Positions 39,572-49,907 of a DNA stretch of 64,000 nucleotides are shown here, in pieces. The notes under the pieces were generated by a model, which saw only the letters and a program-made list of their open reading frames with translations, ran no database searches and was not told the origin of the DNA. The stretch covers positions 32,001-96,000 of the IMG/VR virus record IMGVR_UViG_3300027741_000025; one strand, written 5' to 3'. The position numbers were made by a program, and so were the translations under genes. Position 1 is the first letter of the stretch. Every line of letters starts with the position of its first letter. This stretch comes from a virus.

Positions 39572-40804
39572 ATGAAGGGAACAAATATGCCAGGCAAATT
39601 TAGTGATTACTTATCCATCAGAGAAAATAAAACCCCTGTATTATCAAAGGTTAAGCTGGCTAGGTCACCAGGACAAGAAGAGTTTCAGCCATTTGTTATT
39701 GATAAAGAAAATCACTCAAATTTACGAGAATTAGTAAAAGCTTTTGAAAATAGTACAGAAGTTGGCGTTGGTTACACGACAATAGACAAAGAAAAAGGTG
39801 AAGTTGAACCAAAATTAAAGAAGAAAACATTATATCTTACTGGTGGTGCTGTTAGAGATCATCTAAAAGGAAAAACTCCACGTAATTATGACCTGGCGAC
39901 TGATGCAACAGCCAGTGAAATAAAAATGATACTATCAGGCTCTGGTTTCGAGGAGATTCATTCTGAATTTTCTAAGGACAAAAATTTACCAACTAATCCA
40001 AAATCAAATAAATATTTCTTTGTAAGCAGGCTCAGCAAAAAAGGAAACGAGGCTGAATTCACAGCTGTAGTTGATAATGAAGATTTCTTTTTGGCTCCAA
40101 TGTCAAAAAGTCTAAAAAGCAGAAGACTATCGCCCGAAGATTTTTCTGCCTCAAGCCTGGAGGATGACGCTTCCTATAGAGACTTTACAATTAACTCAAT
40201 GTATATTCCTTTAAAAAATTCAGATGGAGATAACACAGAGCTGATAGATATTTTTGGTGGAGCTCATCATTTAAAAAATGGTCAAGTGGTCTCTGTTGGT
40301 GAGTTTGGCAAAAAGGTCAAAGATGACCCGATCACAGCCCACAGATATTTAAGAATGCAGGCAAGATATGGCAAAGGAGAAATGCCAGAAAAACTCACAA
40401 ATATCACAAGAGGAATAAATGGCTTGGACCCAGACTATAAAAAAGAATATGTCTTTGGTCTTGAGAACCCAGATATAGATTCGTCCAGATATCTCAAGAT
40501 GTATTCAAATTCTGGTCTTTTGAACACAGTTTATCCTATAGATGATTTGTCTGTTGAAGATATGCCAGAAAAAGCCTTGGGAGATAGGTTTTTAACAAGT
40601 GCTTGGTTGTTAAAAGATAAAGATATGGAGCAAACCAAGTTTGCTTTAATGTCTGCTGGTTGGGATAAACAAGAAGTAAATGATATTTTATACTTAATTA
40701 AGGCGTATCAATCTTTTAAAAACAGATACGACACTACAGACCAAACAAGCTCAATGTGCGGTTTGCCAGCGTATAAAATAAACAAATGGAAAAACCTATA
40801 CTAG
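39572..40804 (+). CDS. Class II nucleotidyltransferase (CCA-adding/poly(A) polymerase family), degenerate motifs
   Basis: LYLTGGAVRDHL.G..PRNYDLATD, EDDASYRDFTINSM, DIFGG..HL. Confidence 0.85.
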   Translation: MKGTNMPGKFSDYLSIRENKTPVLSKVKLARSPGQEEFQPFVIDKENHSNLRELVKAFENSTEVGVGYTTIDKEKGEVEPKLKKKTLYLTGGAVRDHLKGKTPRNYDLATDATASEIKMILSGSGFEEIHSEFSKDKNLPTNPKSNKYFFVSRLSKKGNEAEFTAVVDNEDFFLAPMSKSLKSRRLSPEDFSASSLEDDASYRDFTINSMYIPLKNSDGDNTELIDIFGGAHHLKNGQVVSVGEFGKKVKDDPITAHRYLRMQARYGKGEMPEKLTNITRGINGLDPDYKKEYVFGLENPDIDSSRYLKMYSNSGLLNTVYPIDDLSVEDMPEKALGDRFLTSAWLLKDKDMEQTKFALMSAGWDKQEVNDILYLIKAYQSFKNRYDTTDQTSSMCGLPAYKINKWKNLY

Positions 40805-41634
40805 TTCAAGCAATCGGATCTCCCTTCGATTTAAATGTAAGCTCTTGTGGAAAAAGAAAGCCAAAGCTTTTTTCTTGGACTAATAGTCCACAAGATATCA
40901 AAATAAGAATAGACCACGCTTTACATGATGGCTTAAGCGATAATAATAAGTCTGGCAAATTTGGCTGGACATGTGAATCTAAAGCTATAACTCGTGGACT
41001 CTTTGATGGATTGAGAAATAATTTTACAAGATACAAAGAATCTTACTCTAAAATTTTCACTTACGATGAACAGTTGATCGAGTTAGACCCAGACTTTTTC
41101 ATCTATTGTCCTGCAGGCAGTAACGCTCCATGGACACCTGATGAAGAATATGGAATTCATGAAAAAACAAAACTTGTTTCTTTTTTGTGCAGCAATAATT
41201 CAATGACAGATGGTCATCGTTATCGTTTGTCGTGGGCTGAGAGGCTACAAGATAAGGTAGATATGTATGGTGGAGCCTGTGGAAGCAAACAAATAGGCGG
41301 CTCGCATTGGTACCATCATCAAAGAAAAACTGAAGCAATGAACGAATATATGTTCAGCATAGCAATAGAGAATGTCAACATGGATTGCTACTACACAGAA
41401 AAAATAACAGATTGTTTTGCAAATGGGGTGATACCAGTTTATTATGGTTCAAAAAGTATCACAAAACACTTTAACAATGATGCTATAATATTCTTGGAAG
41501 AAGACTTTGATGTAAATCAATTATCGGAAGAATTATATTATTCCAAATTAGAAGCTGTTAAAGATAATTTGAACATAGTTAGAAACATGTGTATTTCTGA
41601 TGATTTATTGTTCAAAAAAATATCTTTATTGTGA
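40786..41634 (+). CDS. Glycosyltransferase family 10 (alpha-1,3-fucosyltransferase-like)
   Basis: YMFSIAIEN...YYTEKITDCFANGVIPVYYG. Confidence 0.9.
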   Translation: MEKPILVQAIGSPFDLNVSSCGKRKPKLFSWTNSPQDIKIRIDHALHDGLSDNNKSGKFGWTCESKAITRGLFDGLRNNFTRYKESYSKIFTYDEQLIELDPDFFIYCPAGSNAPWTPDEEYGIHEKTKLVSFLCSNNSMTDGHRYRLSWAERLQDKVDMYGGACGSKQIGGSHWYHHQRKTEAMNEYMFSIAIENVNMDCYYTEKITDCFANGVIPVYYGSKSITKHFNNDAIIFLEEDFDVNQLSEELYYSKLEAVKDNLNIVRNMCISDDLLFKKISLL

Positions 41635-41649
41635 AAGCGTAGATAGATT

Positions 41650-42375
41650 ATGAATAGAAAAATAACAATAGTCCACCCCTCCAGGCAAAGAAGCGATCTT
41701 TGCTATAGAATAGCTGATTTGTTTTATGGCAATTGTGTAAACAAGGACAATGTTTCTTATTATATATCTATTGATTCAAGTGATCCAACAAAAGATGAAT
41801 ACCTAGCTGGCAAGAAAGATTATGCCAAAATAATTGTTGGAGATGGAAACTCTTGTGTAGAGGCAGTAAATATTGGGGCTAAAGAATCAAATTTTGAAGA
41901 CATAATTGTGATAGTATCAGATGATTTTGTTTGCCAAAATGGATGGGATCAAAAAATACTGGATTTTGTAGGGGATAAGAAAAATTTTGTTTTAAAAACA
42001 AATGATGGAAGAGAGCCTTGGATTGTAACGTTTCCAGTTATGGACAAAGAATATTACAATAGATTTGGCTATGTTTACAACCCATTATATAAACATTTAT
42101 TCTGCGACACAGAAATGACACATGTTGCAGAGATTACTGATTCTCTTCTAATAGATATGTCTAATGTCATAGAGCATAAAGCAACAGAATTAACAAAAAA
42201 TGATTCTGTAAACATGAAAAACAACTCAACTTGGTGGCAGGGAGAATCTGTTTATCTACAAAGAATAAGAGAAAATTTTGGATTAAAAAAAGAAGAGATT
42301 GTTAAAACTCCATCTCATCCATCGCATATAGAATGGCTTAAGCAAAAAGGAATAAATATAAACGAACACTCATAG
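41650..42375 (+). CDS. GT-A fold (GT2-like) glycosyltransferase
   Basis: IVHPSRQR, AVN.GA, SDDF...GWD, HLFCDTE. Confidence 0.8.
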   Translation: MNRKITIVHPSRQRSDLCYRIADLFYGNCVNKDNVSYYISIDSSDPTKDEYLAGKKDYAKIIVGDGNSCVEAVNIGAKESNFEDIIVIVSDDFVCQNGWDQKILDFVGDKKNFVLKTNDGREPWIVTFPVMDKEYYNRFGYVYNPLYKHLFCDTEMTHVAEITDSLLIDMSNVIEHKATELTKNDSVNMKNNSTWWQGESVYLQRIRENFGLKKEEIVKTPSHPSHIEWLKQKGININEHS

Positions 42376-42381
42376 TTATAA

Positions 42382-42897
42382 TTATTTTATAACAGATGAG
42401 TGGATATAAAAATCATCTTGTCTATTTACTTCTTTTATAAGAATGTATCCTCTATCGGTCAAGTATTTTCTTGAGGCATCTTTTGTGCCACATTCTCTAT
42501 AGGCATCTGTTTCAAATGTAATTACATTAAAAGTATATTTATCAAAAGGAACCTTGTACAAAGCTTTGAGGCTTATGTGAGGGGGCTCTAAATCGATTGT
42601 GAGATAATCTATTGTTTTATTGTCTTTGAAAAACTCATTCATTTGTTTTTCATATTCAAAAGTTAAAGCATCATGACAACAAAACTTTGTGTTAGGTCTA
42701 TTATCGAAATAGCTATTTGTATGATCTTCAATATCAATACACATTCCACTCCAACCAAAACCCTTGTCTAGGGCATAAGTATTCGATATAGTCTCAGACG
42801 GTCCAGCTCCAATATCTAAGAATGTGCCTTTTTTTTTGAAATTCAATGTTTCCATTACAAATACATCTTGCCCTATTTGAGACCTATAGTAATTCAT
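42382..42897 (-). CDS. FkbM-family methyltransferase
   Basis: SQIGQD, FLDIGA, SNTY, IDYLTIDLE. Confidence 0.85.
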   Translation of the reverse strand: MNYYRSQIGQDVFVMETLNFKKKGTFLDIGAGPSETISNTYALDKGFGWSGMCIDIEDHTNSYFDNRPNTKFCCHDALTFEYEKQMNEFFKDNKTIDYLTIDLEPPHISLKALYKVPFDKYTFNVITFETDAYRECGTKDASRKYLTDRGYILIKEVNRQDDFYIHSSVIK

Positions 42898-42909
42898 ATT
42901 TATATTCTC

Positions 42910-43746
42910 CTAAAAAATAACAAATTGCCCATTATCCTTACATTGCGATAATTCTTTTAAATTTGCCCGATATAATACAGGTATTAAGCCGCAATTTCCT
43001 GAATGAGTTATCAAATATTTACAATTAGATATAATTCTAACTATTGACTCAAAGTTTATACTCCACTCTATTTTATTCTCAGTTGGTTTGACATAAGTGT
43101 TGTTAAATATCATTTCTTCAAAAAAGAATGCATTATCAAAATTTGACATAAATATATCTCTATTGCGAAGTTCATCTGTTTGTATAAGAAGTCTATATTT
43201 TTTGTTTCTTTTGTTGATATGGTCTAACCAATCATTTGGGTGCGCTAAATTAACCTCAACATGCTTATCAGTTCCTCTGTTAAAAATAGCCATAGTGTTA
43301 CTGTAATCTATGTTGTATTTTTGTTCTAAAAATTTTATTCTTTCCAAAACAAGATCAGAAGGACTAAAGTAAATGTCTTCGACCATTTTGATTTGCTTGA
43401 AATTTAATTTTTGAAATTCTGCATGATTCGACCAGTAACCATCATGATTTCTAAGAACTCCTGATTCAAAATCTTCAGACTTAAGTTGATCTAAAGTTTC
43501 TAAATTAACCTTGTATATAAAAGGATACAGGTCTTTATCATCACTGTAATTGTGCAGGTGTTTTAAAGTATCGTTAAAAGAAACATTCTCGGGATATATT
43601 TTCATTCGCGCCAATTCATATATGGCGAAACGTACCTCATTTATGCATGAATAAAAACCGCCTGTTTTATGAGTCCCGTAAACAGTTTTGTCTTCTTTAT
43701 TGTAATAAGCGTTTCTGAGAAAAATTAGTTGTTCCATCACCTTCAA
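42910..43746 (-). CDS. NodZ/O-fucosyltransferase-like (GT-B) protein
   Basis: GFYS, RGTDK, IQTD and LITHSGN motifs. Strong GGAGG RBS. Confidence 0.7.
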   Translation of the reverse strand: MKVMEQLIFLRNAYYNKEDKTVYGTHKTGGFYSCINEVRFAIYELARMKIYPENVSFNDTLKHLHNYSDDKDLYPFIYKVNLETLDQLKSEDFESGVLRNHDGYWSNHAEFQKLNFKQIKMVEDIYFSPSDLVLERIKFLEQKYNIDYSNTMAIFNRGTDKHVEVNLAHPNDWLDHINKRNKKYRLLIQTDELRNRDIFMSNFDNAFFFEEMIFNNTYVKPTENKIEWSINFESIVRIISNCKYLITHSGNCGLIPVLYRANLKELSQCKDNGQFVIF

Positions 43747-43831
43747 CCTCCTCCTTGAGTTTGCGATTTCCTACAGTATATATTATTTTATATTTAAAAA
43801 TTAAATAAATATTTTTTTTATATATAATGAT

Positions 43832-44491
43832 ATGAAAACAACACTTCTTACATTTACTGATCCGAATTACGAACCAAGAAGATTAACAACTCTTTCTTTT
43901 AATAAAAAAATGGTTGATAAAGTTTGGAACGCAAACCCATCAGATTTTGATGATAATTTTAAAAAACAAAATGAATTTATATTAAATCAACGTAGAGGTT
44001 ATGGCTACTGGCTTTGGAAACCATACTTAATACTAAAATACATAGAAAACCTATGTAGTGAAGATGAAATGCTTATATATTGTGATGCCGGAGATTGGTT
44101 CTCAGAAAAAATGCTTGACTTGGCTAAACTGGAAACAAAAGATTGTCTTTTTATAAGAGGTCCTTTTTTAAATTATAAATATACAAAAAAAGATTGTTTT
44201 GTACTAATGAATTGTGATGAAGAAAAATACTGGAATTCTGGTCAAACGTATGGCGCTCTTTGTTTTTGGAGAAAAACAAAAACAACAATAGACTTCTTAA
44301 AAGAGTGGTTTGATTATTGCAAAAATCCTAATATTTTAACTGATGCTCCCAACATTCATGGAGAAAATATACCTGGATTTATAGATCACAGACACGATCA
44401 ATCTGTTTTGACTAATTTGACCATACAACGTGAAATGTTAAGAAAAGATCAAACAACAGACAATCCTTGGAATGTAATTTATAATGATTGA
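43832..44491 (+). CDS. Putative glycosyltransferase
   Basis: GYGYWLWKPYLI, YCDAG and DHRHDQS motifs. Confidence 0.75.
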   Translation: MKTTLLTFTDPNYEPRRLTTLSFNKKMVDKVWNANPSDFDDNFKKQNEFILNQRRGYGYWLWKPYLILKYIENLCSEDEMLIYCDAGDWFSEKMLDLAKLETKDCLFIRGPFLNYKYTKKDCFVLMNCDEEKYWNSGQTYGALCFWRKTKTTIDFLKEWFDYCKNPNILTDAPNIHGENIPGFIDHRHDQSVLTNLTIQREMLRKDQTTDNPWNVIYND

Positions 44492-45371
44492 TATAAATGA
44501 TGTGGATAACCCTGAGTTATATTATAATTTAAAAAAAGGCTATGAGTTTTGCTCTTCGATAGCAGATGAGACTTTATCAAAACCAACTGAATATCATGTT
44601 GTTTGGAGCGGAAAATTTGATCGCAAGCAGTCTCTCCCAATAAAAAGTTTTTTTGCAACACAAAATTTCAAATTAGCCAAATTAAACTTGTGGTCCAACG
44701 AAGATCTGATCAACAATAATTATTTGAAACCCTTTAAAGATTTGATCAACTTTAGAAAATGGGATCCAATCGAAGAGGCTAAAGGAACGATCCTTGAGGA
44801 CTATAAAAGTTTAACAGCCACAGACGGAAAATTTTGGATCGATGGAGATATATTTAGATTGTTATGCTTGCATAAGTATGGAGGAGTCTATTTCGACATG
44901 GATGTTGTTCTGTTGAGAGATTTTTCTCCACTATTAAACCAAGAGTTTATGTACAAGTGGGCAGCAGAAAAAAACATGATTAACGGAGCTATAATGCATC
45001 TTTTTAAAGATAGCAAATTAACAAAAGATTTACTTAATCAACTATTGAATACAGCTCCAACACCAAATAGTCATTGTTACGGCAGAGATCTATATACTTA
45101 TGTAAGGGCTCAAAATAAAAATTGGACTATATTTCCAAGCACTTTTTTTAACACAGAGTGGCAAGCAACTCCGGAAGATACAAAAGACTATCCTGGCTTG
45201 GCTGAAGGGTTTAAACCATTTCAGAAATGCAATACAACCCATCTTTTTGAAAGGGCGTTTAGTTGGCACTGGCATAACCGATGGGGTGAATCAATAGAGA
45301 TGGGAAGTAAGTGGCAAATTATCGAAGAAATTATTGAAAAAAAGCTGTCCAGTATTGGATTCCATCTATAA
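44484..45371 (+). CDS. Glycosyltransferase family 32 (DXD motif)
   Basis: DIFRLLCLHKYGGVYFDMD. Confidence 0.9.
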   Translation: MIDINDVDNPELYYNLKKGYEFCSSIADETLSKPTEYHVVWSGKFDRKQSLPIKSFFATQNFKLAKLNLWSNEDLINNNYLKPFKDLINFRKWDPIEEAKGTILEDYKSLTATDGKFWIDGDIFRLLCLHKYGGVYFDMDVVLLRDFSPLLNQEFMYKWAAEKNMINGAIMHLFKDSKLTKDLLNQLLNTAPTPNSHCYGRDLYTYVRAQNKNWTIFPSTFFNTEWQATPEDTKDYPGLAEGFKPFQKCNTTHLFERAFSWHWHNRWGESIEMGSKWQIIEEIIEKKLSSIGFHL

Positions 45372-45387
45372 TTAGAAGAGGTGTTTT

Positions 45388-45987
45388 ATGAAACATATGA
45401 TAGATTGTGGCACTAATTTGTTTTATGGATTGAATGCGCTATCCAACAGATTTAATTTTGATGAAACTTGGAAAATAGATTGTTTTGAGGCAAATCCTTT
45501 TGTTTACGAACAAGCGATGAATCTAATTAAAAATGGAGACATTAAAAAATATTATCCAAGATATGATTCGAAAAACTTAAATTTATTCAACAAAGCCGTT
45601 TGGGTATATGATGGATTTATTGATATGAATATAGAGGCTGACAAACTCAGTAATGTGGCTAACATATTGAATAAACCCCCAGAAAAAGATACGGTCTATA
45701 ACAGAAATTTTAAATGGTCAAAAACAAAAATTCCTTGCATTAGATTATCTGAAATAATAAAGCAGTCAAATGCTGAAAAAATTGTTGTTAAGCTTGATGT
45801 TGAGGGAGCAGAATTTGAAATTATTCAAGATCTTATCAAAGAAAATTTATTGAACAAGATTAATTTCTTTTATGTTGAGTTTCATGAAAGATTCTTCGTA
45901 GAAGAATTAAACAAATATTCTGATATTAAAAATCAATTGATATCAGAGATTAATAAACAGGTAGAATTTTTCCAAGAATGGGATTAG
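45388..45987 (+). CDS. FkbM-family methyltransferase
   Basis: IDCG, FEANP, KAVW, KLDVEGAEF, VEFH. Confidence 0.9.
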   Translation: MKHMIDCGTNLFYGLNALSNRFNFDETWKIDCFEANPFVYEQAMNLIKNGDIKKYYPRYDSKNLNLFNKAVWVYDGFIDMNIEADKLSNVANILNKPPEKDTVYNRNFKWSKTKIPCIRLSEIIKQSNAEKIVVKLDVEGAEFEIIQDLIKENLLNKINFFYVEFHERFFVEELNKYSDIKNQLISEINKQVEFFQEWD

Positions 45988-45993
45988 TGAAAC

Positions 45994-46890
45994 CTACAAA
46001 TTTCTTTCATGTATCTTTGTGGAAGAATAAGATTGCTCACCCCTTCTTATTTTTTCTGTTATTCCTCCGTTACTCACAGAAGATCTTTTATTCAAAACTT
46101 CTTGGTTTAAAGCACTTCTCGATTTTCTGGTTGCTCCCTCTGACAGTATGGATCTAAACTCGATCGGAATATATCCACAAACCCATTGATTGTAAGTTTT
46201 TGCCCTTGTGTTTATGTCGTGATCATCATTCCCTAAGACAAAGTTAACCTCATCTAAGTAGTTCAGAGTCTTTAATTTTTCTCTGTCTATCATCCATGGT
46301 CCACGATTACATGTATCACCCACATAGAACTTATCGTATTGTTCGAACCTTAGATTCAAAGGAATCTCTACGTCTACTCCGAGTTTTCCTAAGCCTTGAG
46401 AATAATCAAACAATCCATGCACGCATCTCCCGGAAACAGAGAACACATCATTGTATTTTTCAAAAGGACGAGACATTATGTGGTCATAACCATATGTGAA
46501 AATTTGTATGTCTGCTTGTATTTCTATAACATAATTGGCGGTAGATAATTTAAAACCAATGTTATCACATGTTGTTTCAAATAAAGGATAGGCACTTTTT
46601 ACAAGTGTTATTTTTTTTAAATTTGAAAATGTGTTTTTATTTAAAAATTCTTTTACAACTTCCAAGCTTTTATCTTCGCAATTATCAAAGATCATTATTA
46701 ATTCAAAATCTTTTGAAATATTTTTTAAATTATGATTTAAATTTTTTATTATTACTCCTTCGTGGTTGTGAACAGGAGTAATAATGGAATAAATAAATTT
46801 ATCAGATTTTTTTTCAAAAAAATCAACTTTAACATTTTTATAACCTTCTGATGACAAAAAATTTTCTATTTCATTTGGGTCGTTCAACAT
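45994..46890 (-). CDS. Glycosyltransferase family 2
   Basis: SIITPVHNHE, FDNCEDKS, IQAD, DDHD. Confidence 0.85.
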   Translation of the reverse strand: MLNDPNEIENFLSSEGYKNVKVDFFEKKSDKFIYSIITPVHNHEGVIIKNLNHNLKNISKDFELIMIFDNCEDKSLEVVKEFLNKNTFSNLKKITLVKSAYPLFETTCDNIGFKLSTANYVIEIQADIQIFTYGYDHIMSRPFEKYNDVFSVSGRCVHGLFDYSQGLGKLGVDVEIPLNLRFEQYDKFYVGDTCNRGPWMIDREKLKTLNYLDEVNFVLGNDDHDINTRAKTYNQWVCGYIPIEFRSILSEGATRKSRSALNQEVLNKRSSVSNGGITEKIRRGEQSYSSTKIHERNL

Positions 46891-46931
46891 AAAACTCTAT
46901 TCTATTTTAATTGTTACTTATATATATTAGT

Positions 46932-47549
46932 ATGAAGAAAATAATATCATTTTCATTATGGGGAAGCAAACCGATATACAACATAGGTGCTATCAAAAAT
47001 GCAATATTGGCAAAAGATTTATATCCTGGTTTTGAGTGTTGGTTTTATTGTGATGAAAAAACAGTTCCTAAAGAAACATTTGATGGACTGTATTCTCTTG
47101 ATAACACAAAGATAATAATCAGGCAAGACGCGATAAAATCCTCTACCTGGAGATTTGAAGCTATCGACGACCCAAATGTTGAAATAATGCTATCAAGAGA
47201 CACAGACTCAAGAATATCTTTAAGAGAAAAAATAGCAGTTGATGAATGGTTATCCTCTGATAAACCATTCCACATAATGAGAGACCATCCGGACCACAGA
47301 ATGCCTATAATGGCTGGAATGTTTGGAACCAAGAAGATACCGGAAATAAATAGTTGGAGTGAATTATTGAATTCTGTTAATTCTTCTCATTATGGGAATG
47401 ATCAAGATTTTTTAATGAACCAAATCTATCCTGTAGTGAGAGATAAAAGTATAATACACGCTTCTTTTAATAAAATAGAAGGAGATGAGTGTAAAGATTT
47501 CTTATTTAAAGATGGTTCAAAATTTGTAGGAGAATATGTTTATGAATAA
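46932..47549 (+). CDS. Putative glycosyltransferase-like protein
   Basis: IISFSLWG, WRF, SRDTDSR, HIMRDHP, DQDFL. Start re-assigned to MKKII at 46932. Confidence 0.7.
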   Translation: MKKIISFSLWGSKPIYNIGAIKNAILAKDLYPGFECWFYCDEKTVPKETFDGLYSLDNTKIIIRQDAIKSSTWRFEAIDDPNVEIMLSRDTDSRISLREKIAVDEWLSSDKPFHIMRDHPDHRMPIMAGMFGTKKIPEINSWSELLNSVNSSHYGNDQDFLMNQIYPVVRDKSIIHASFNKIEGDECKDFLFKDGSKFVGEYVYE

Positions 47550-48398
47550 TCAATTGAATTTTTCTAATGCATAATTCAAAAATTCTTCTTCATTTAGATC
47601 TCTATATTCTTCTGGACAGTCAGTTTTTGTTACCCTCTTATTAAACATTTCTGCGAACGTTCCTTTGAATCCATCATCAAATGGCAGATGATAATTTTCA
47701 ATTATATCTATTCCATACATCATGCAGGCGGGTTTTATTTCAAAACAATCTCCATATCTTTGTAGATTTTTTGAATCAACAAATTTACCAATCTCATACC
47801 ATTTGTGACAAAATTTTACCATTGTATCAAAATCTATTTTATTAAAAAACAATTTATTCTCTATAGGGCATCTCATTTCTGCAAAATCTTTTTCCTGTAA
47901 ATCTGGCATGTAATGATTTACAATTGTTTTCAATTTATGGTTTATCATAATCTCTCCCGCAGCATTATACACCTGATGATAATCACCAGAGCACTTGACT
48001 ATGTTTGAGCAATACAAGCCTTTTTCAGTAAAAGAATCAAAGCAAGATTTGCCAAAGCTGCCAGTAGGTAAAACATCTGCATCTGTATGACAGATAGAGT
48101 TATTAGGTATAACCCTGGATGAGTAAGCGAGAGCTAAAGACTTCAAATAATATTTAAAGAATGTAGATTTACCATGACCAGGAAGAGTATATCCTGATGG
48201 CTTTACAATATTGTTTGATAAAATATTAAAATGACAAATAACTTTTTTTGAGTTTATTCTTTGACTAAAATCTCTATCTGTTGTTATGCAAAGATTTATT
48301 TTATCGTCATATATTGCATCTAATTTTTTAATAAAAAGTCTTGTGAAACTTTCATAAAGATCGCCCACAGACAACACGCTTAAAGTAATGTTTTCCAT
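47550..48398 (-). CDS. Putative GT-A fold glycosyltransferase
   Basis: ITTD and HTDADV (DXD), located inside the GT block. Confidence 0.55.
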   Translation of the reverse strand: MENITLSVLSVGDLYESFTRLFIKKLDAIYDDKINLCITTDRDFSQRINSKKVICHFNILSNNIVKPSGYTLPGHGKSTFFKYYLKSLALAYSSRVIPNNSICHTDADVLPTGSFGKSCFDSFTEKGLYCSNIVKCSGDYHQVYNAAGEIMINHKLKTIVNHYMPDLQEKDFAEMRCPIENKLFFNKIDFDTMVKFCHKWYEIGKFVDSKNLQRYGDCFEIKPACMMYGIDIIENYHLPFDDGFKGTFAEMFNKRVTKTDCPEEYRDLNEEEFLNYALEKFN

Positions 48399-48517
48399 AT
48401 GATTTCCAGGGTTTTATTAATTTAAAGAGCTGGGCATCCATGCCCAAAATTGATAATCCTAATCATCTCTACTTATATTTATCCTTCTCGTTTACATAAA
48501 TTTTTTGTTTGATAAAT

Positions 48518-49354
48518 TTAAAAAAAATTTTTATTATCAAGATAATTTTTTGCAACATCTGCGATAAAATTTGAACACCTTGTGTGTCTAATTTTAGATA
48601 AACACACCATTGGTTTGTCTGGATGCATGGAGAAATCATTTTTGCTGAACCAAACTTTATTGAAACTCGGTTGTATTCCATGATCATAATTTATAATATT
48701 TTTAACAACATTTTCTAACATATTGCTTTCAATTGAATACGGTCTGATTTCAATGTTTGATGTTTCTTCATCTTTAAAGAAAAGAGCATCCCAATTTTTC
48801 CAAACACTTAAATTTAATGCTGCTGTGTCAATTCCTAAAAATTCTTTTTTATCTAAAAAATATTTTATATATAACAAAACGTCTTCAAAAAAAGATACAG
48901 GCAGATTGTTGAAAGATATTGTGCTTCCAAATTTTATCCAATTGTTTTTAATTTTATCTTCTTCTGAGGCTAGTTCTTCATAGTAATCACTAATTATATT
49001 GTGTGTTAAAAAAGAATCTTCACTCGACACTATTTTATGATCACCAATAGAAATATCACTACAAAATACGCTACAGGGATTTAAAACTGTCACAGGAAAG
49101 ATTTCTTTTTCATCACCCGCAGTCTTCAAAAAAGACTGCCATTTATTGAGGCTTAAATTTGAATGTGTTTTTTTAAAATAAAATACTTTGACATGCTCGG
49201 CTAAATTTCTGCAATCATACATCGACATAGAATCATCAATGCCAACAGTCACATACAGATTATTTTCTATGCCTTTTTCTTTAAAGCTTTGTATCAAAAG
49301 CTCTATCTGCCAACTGTGTTGGTAGCTATTTTCAATTGATACAAAATAATTCAT
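48518..49354 (-). CDS. HPAT/SERGT-like (peptide O-glycosyltransferase-like) protein
   Basis: N-terminus FVSIENSYQHSWQIELLIQSF and LNKW resemble the S.E...Y..WQ...L..SF / NK motifs of GT95/GT96. No clear DXD motif. Confidence 0.45.
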   Translation of the reverse strand: MNYFVSIENSYQHSWQIELLIQSFKEKGIENNLYVTVGIDDSMSMYDCRNLAEHVKVFYFKKTHSNLSLNKWQSFLKTAGDEKEIFPVTVLNPCSVFCSDISIGDHKIVSSEDSFLTHNIISDYYEELASEEDKIKNNWIKFGSTISFNNLPVSFFEDVLLYIKYFLDKKEFLGIDTAALNLSVWKNWDALFFKDEETSNIEIRPYSIESNMLENVVKNIINYDHGIQPSFNKVWFSKNDFSMHPDKPMVCLSKIRHTRCSNFIADVAKNYLDNKNFF

Positions 49355-49365
49355 AGTAGGCTAAT

Positions 49366-49776
49366 TTACTTTGGGATGCTAAATTTTCCACAAAGCTTCT
49401 CAGCTGATGCTGAGGAGCCGACTTTTTCTTTGTATGATTCATTAACAAGCTTCTGATATACTCTGTAAACTTCACTGTATGCAACACCCCATGTTGCGTC
49501 ATGTGAAAAATCATCGAACCTATCATCTGCTTCCATTGAATCCAACAGATGATTCCAGGCACGAGCATGAGCCCATTCATGAATTAATGTCTCTATGGCG
49601 AGATTTTCACTAAGATCTTTGTTTATTTTTATAAAGAATTTTTTCTTGTATTTAACACATTCTCCGTCGAGAGAACGGCTCATGATACACCTTCTGACAC
49701 TAACAGGATACGCAATTGGTAAGTTTTTCTTTAAAAAACTGACCAATCTTTTGTAGTTTTTGTATTTGTTATTCAT
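49366..49776 (-). CDS. HExxH zinc metallopeptidase (SprT/ImmA-like)
   Basis: ETLIHEWAHA...HDATWG. Confidence 0.75.
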   Translation of the reverse strand: MNNKYKNYKRLVSFLKKNLPIAYPVSVRRCIMSRSLDGECVKYKKKFFIKINKDLSENLAIETLIHEWAHARAWNHLLDSMEADDRFDDFSHDATWGVAYSEVYRVYQKLVNESYKEKVGSSASAEKLCGKFSIPK

Positions 49777-49870
49777 GTTCGCCTCATTGTTAAAGTGTAT
49801 TCAAAATCAACATTCGAATCAACAATAGTATTTAGTGTTTCTGGATTTTGTTTTTAAGTTATATATTTTT

Positions 49871-49907
49871 TTGATATAAATCATTGAAAACAAAGGACTT
49901 ACGTCAA
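49871..49907. promoter_or_regulatory. Imperfect palindrome (operator or recombinase-site-like)
   Basis: TTGATATAAATCATT-N7-AAGGACTTACGTCAA, 11 of 15 positions symmetric. Confidence 0.45.

Noticed and set aside
48431-48446. TGGGCATCCATGCCCA hairpin as a terminator
   Set aside because: Short stem with no convincing U-tract in the direction of transcription, so function is unsupported.
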